Source of the DNA: Terriglobia bacterium
Lineage (GTDB): Bacteria; Acidobacteriota; Terriglobia; JAJPHL01; JAPKYU01
Direction of reading: 5' to 3'
Assembly: GCA_965223005.1 (NCBI GenBank)
Contig: CBDCVK010000002.1
Span: 224,001 to 288,000, forward strand
Length of the DNA stretch: 64,000 nt
In this document: positions 63,509-64,000 of the stretch, piece after piece
Position numbering within the stretch: the first letter of the stretch is position 1
Layout of the letters: every line of letters starts with the position of its first letter
The notes under the pieces: generated by a model
Seen by the model: the letters and a program-made list of their open reading frames with translations, nothing else
Database searches by the model: none
What the model was told of the DNA's origin: nothing
Made by a program: the position numbers and the translations under genes

Positions 63509-64000
63509 CTACTTCACCTTTTGCCACACGAAGAACTTTTCGGTATCAGTCATTCCCAAAGGGGAGAAACCAGCATCAGCAAGCATTTCTGGAAACACTG
63601 TGTGTTTGTAGAATCCCAAGGTCAACTTGTCTTCTGCAAGGAGTGTTCCGTTTCTCTTGAAGGAATAGTCCTTCTCGAGGAAATAGTGGTCGGAGGTGCC
63701 GTTGCGACCCTCAACTTTTTGGGAATAGACAATCCCATCGACCAAGTCGATGTCACGGTCTTCGTGGGGCTTCTGGACGCTTAACAACAAGAGCCCACCG
63801 GCATCAAGATGCTCAGCGACGTTTTGCAATCCTTTGAAGTCCTTTTCACGGCTGAGCAGATGTGTTCCCAGCAGCAACTCTTTGTCCGACCGGATTATGA
63901 CCCACGTACCGCCGCTCGATAGGGCAACATCAAATGTGCGGTCAAGGTTCATTTCGGCAACATCGCATTCTATGAGTGAAACTCGACTGGGTAGACGCTC
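63509..64000 (-). CDS. Class I SAM-dependent methyltransferase (5' end outside the window)
   Basis: CDVAEMNLDRTFDV, HLDAGGLLLLS, L.DAGF. Confidence 0.7.
   Translation of the reverse strand, partial: ERLPSRVSLIECDVAEMNLDRTFDVALSSGGTWVIIRSDKELLLGTHLLSREKDFKGLQNVAEHLDAGGLLLLSVQKPHEDRDIDLVDGIVYSQKVEGRNGTSDHYFLEKDYSFKRNGTLLAEDKLTLGFYKHTVFPEMLADAGFSPLGMTDTEKFFVWQKVK

Overview
GC-rich bacterial DNA, most likely Acidobacteriota (Solibacter/Bryobacter-like; inferred from TIGR03437-type domains, DUF1501/PSD1 pairs, an Oar-like TonB-dependent receptor and an Acidobacteria-type tyrosine recombinase N-terminus). There are no housekeeping operons. The window is a mosaic of 1-5 kb accessory modules (redox/stress genes such as katG, pirin and carbonic anhydrase, sugar catabolism, DUF1501/PSD1, c-di-GMP signalling) mixed with many truncated or frameshifted genes. 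Two families of recombination-like sites punctuate it. (1) Nine loci of a 34-bp 14-6-14 palindromic site (CACTTGGACGTATA-N6-TATCCGGACAAGTG), often paired head-to-head into 95-104 bp elements, with reassorted flanks and remnants of one tyrosine recombinase family beside them; these form an integron-like single-gene array at 24.6-27.1 kb. (2) Five co-oriented tRNA 3' halves (Arg-CCG and fMet) at 13.8-23.7 kb, each starting at the anticodon loop, with arm-type repeats and IHF-like boxes; one near-identical element end is joined to two different tRNAs. No intact tRNA, intact integrase, rRNA or CRISPR array was seen. I cannot exclude that some junctions and frameshifts are assembly artefacts.
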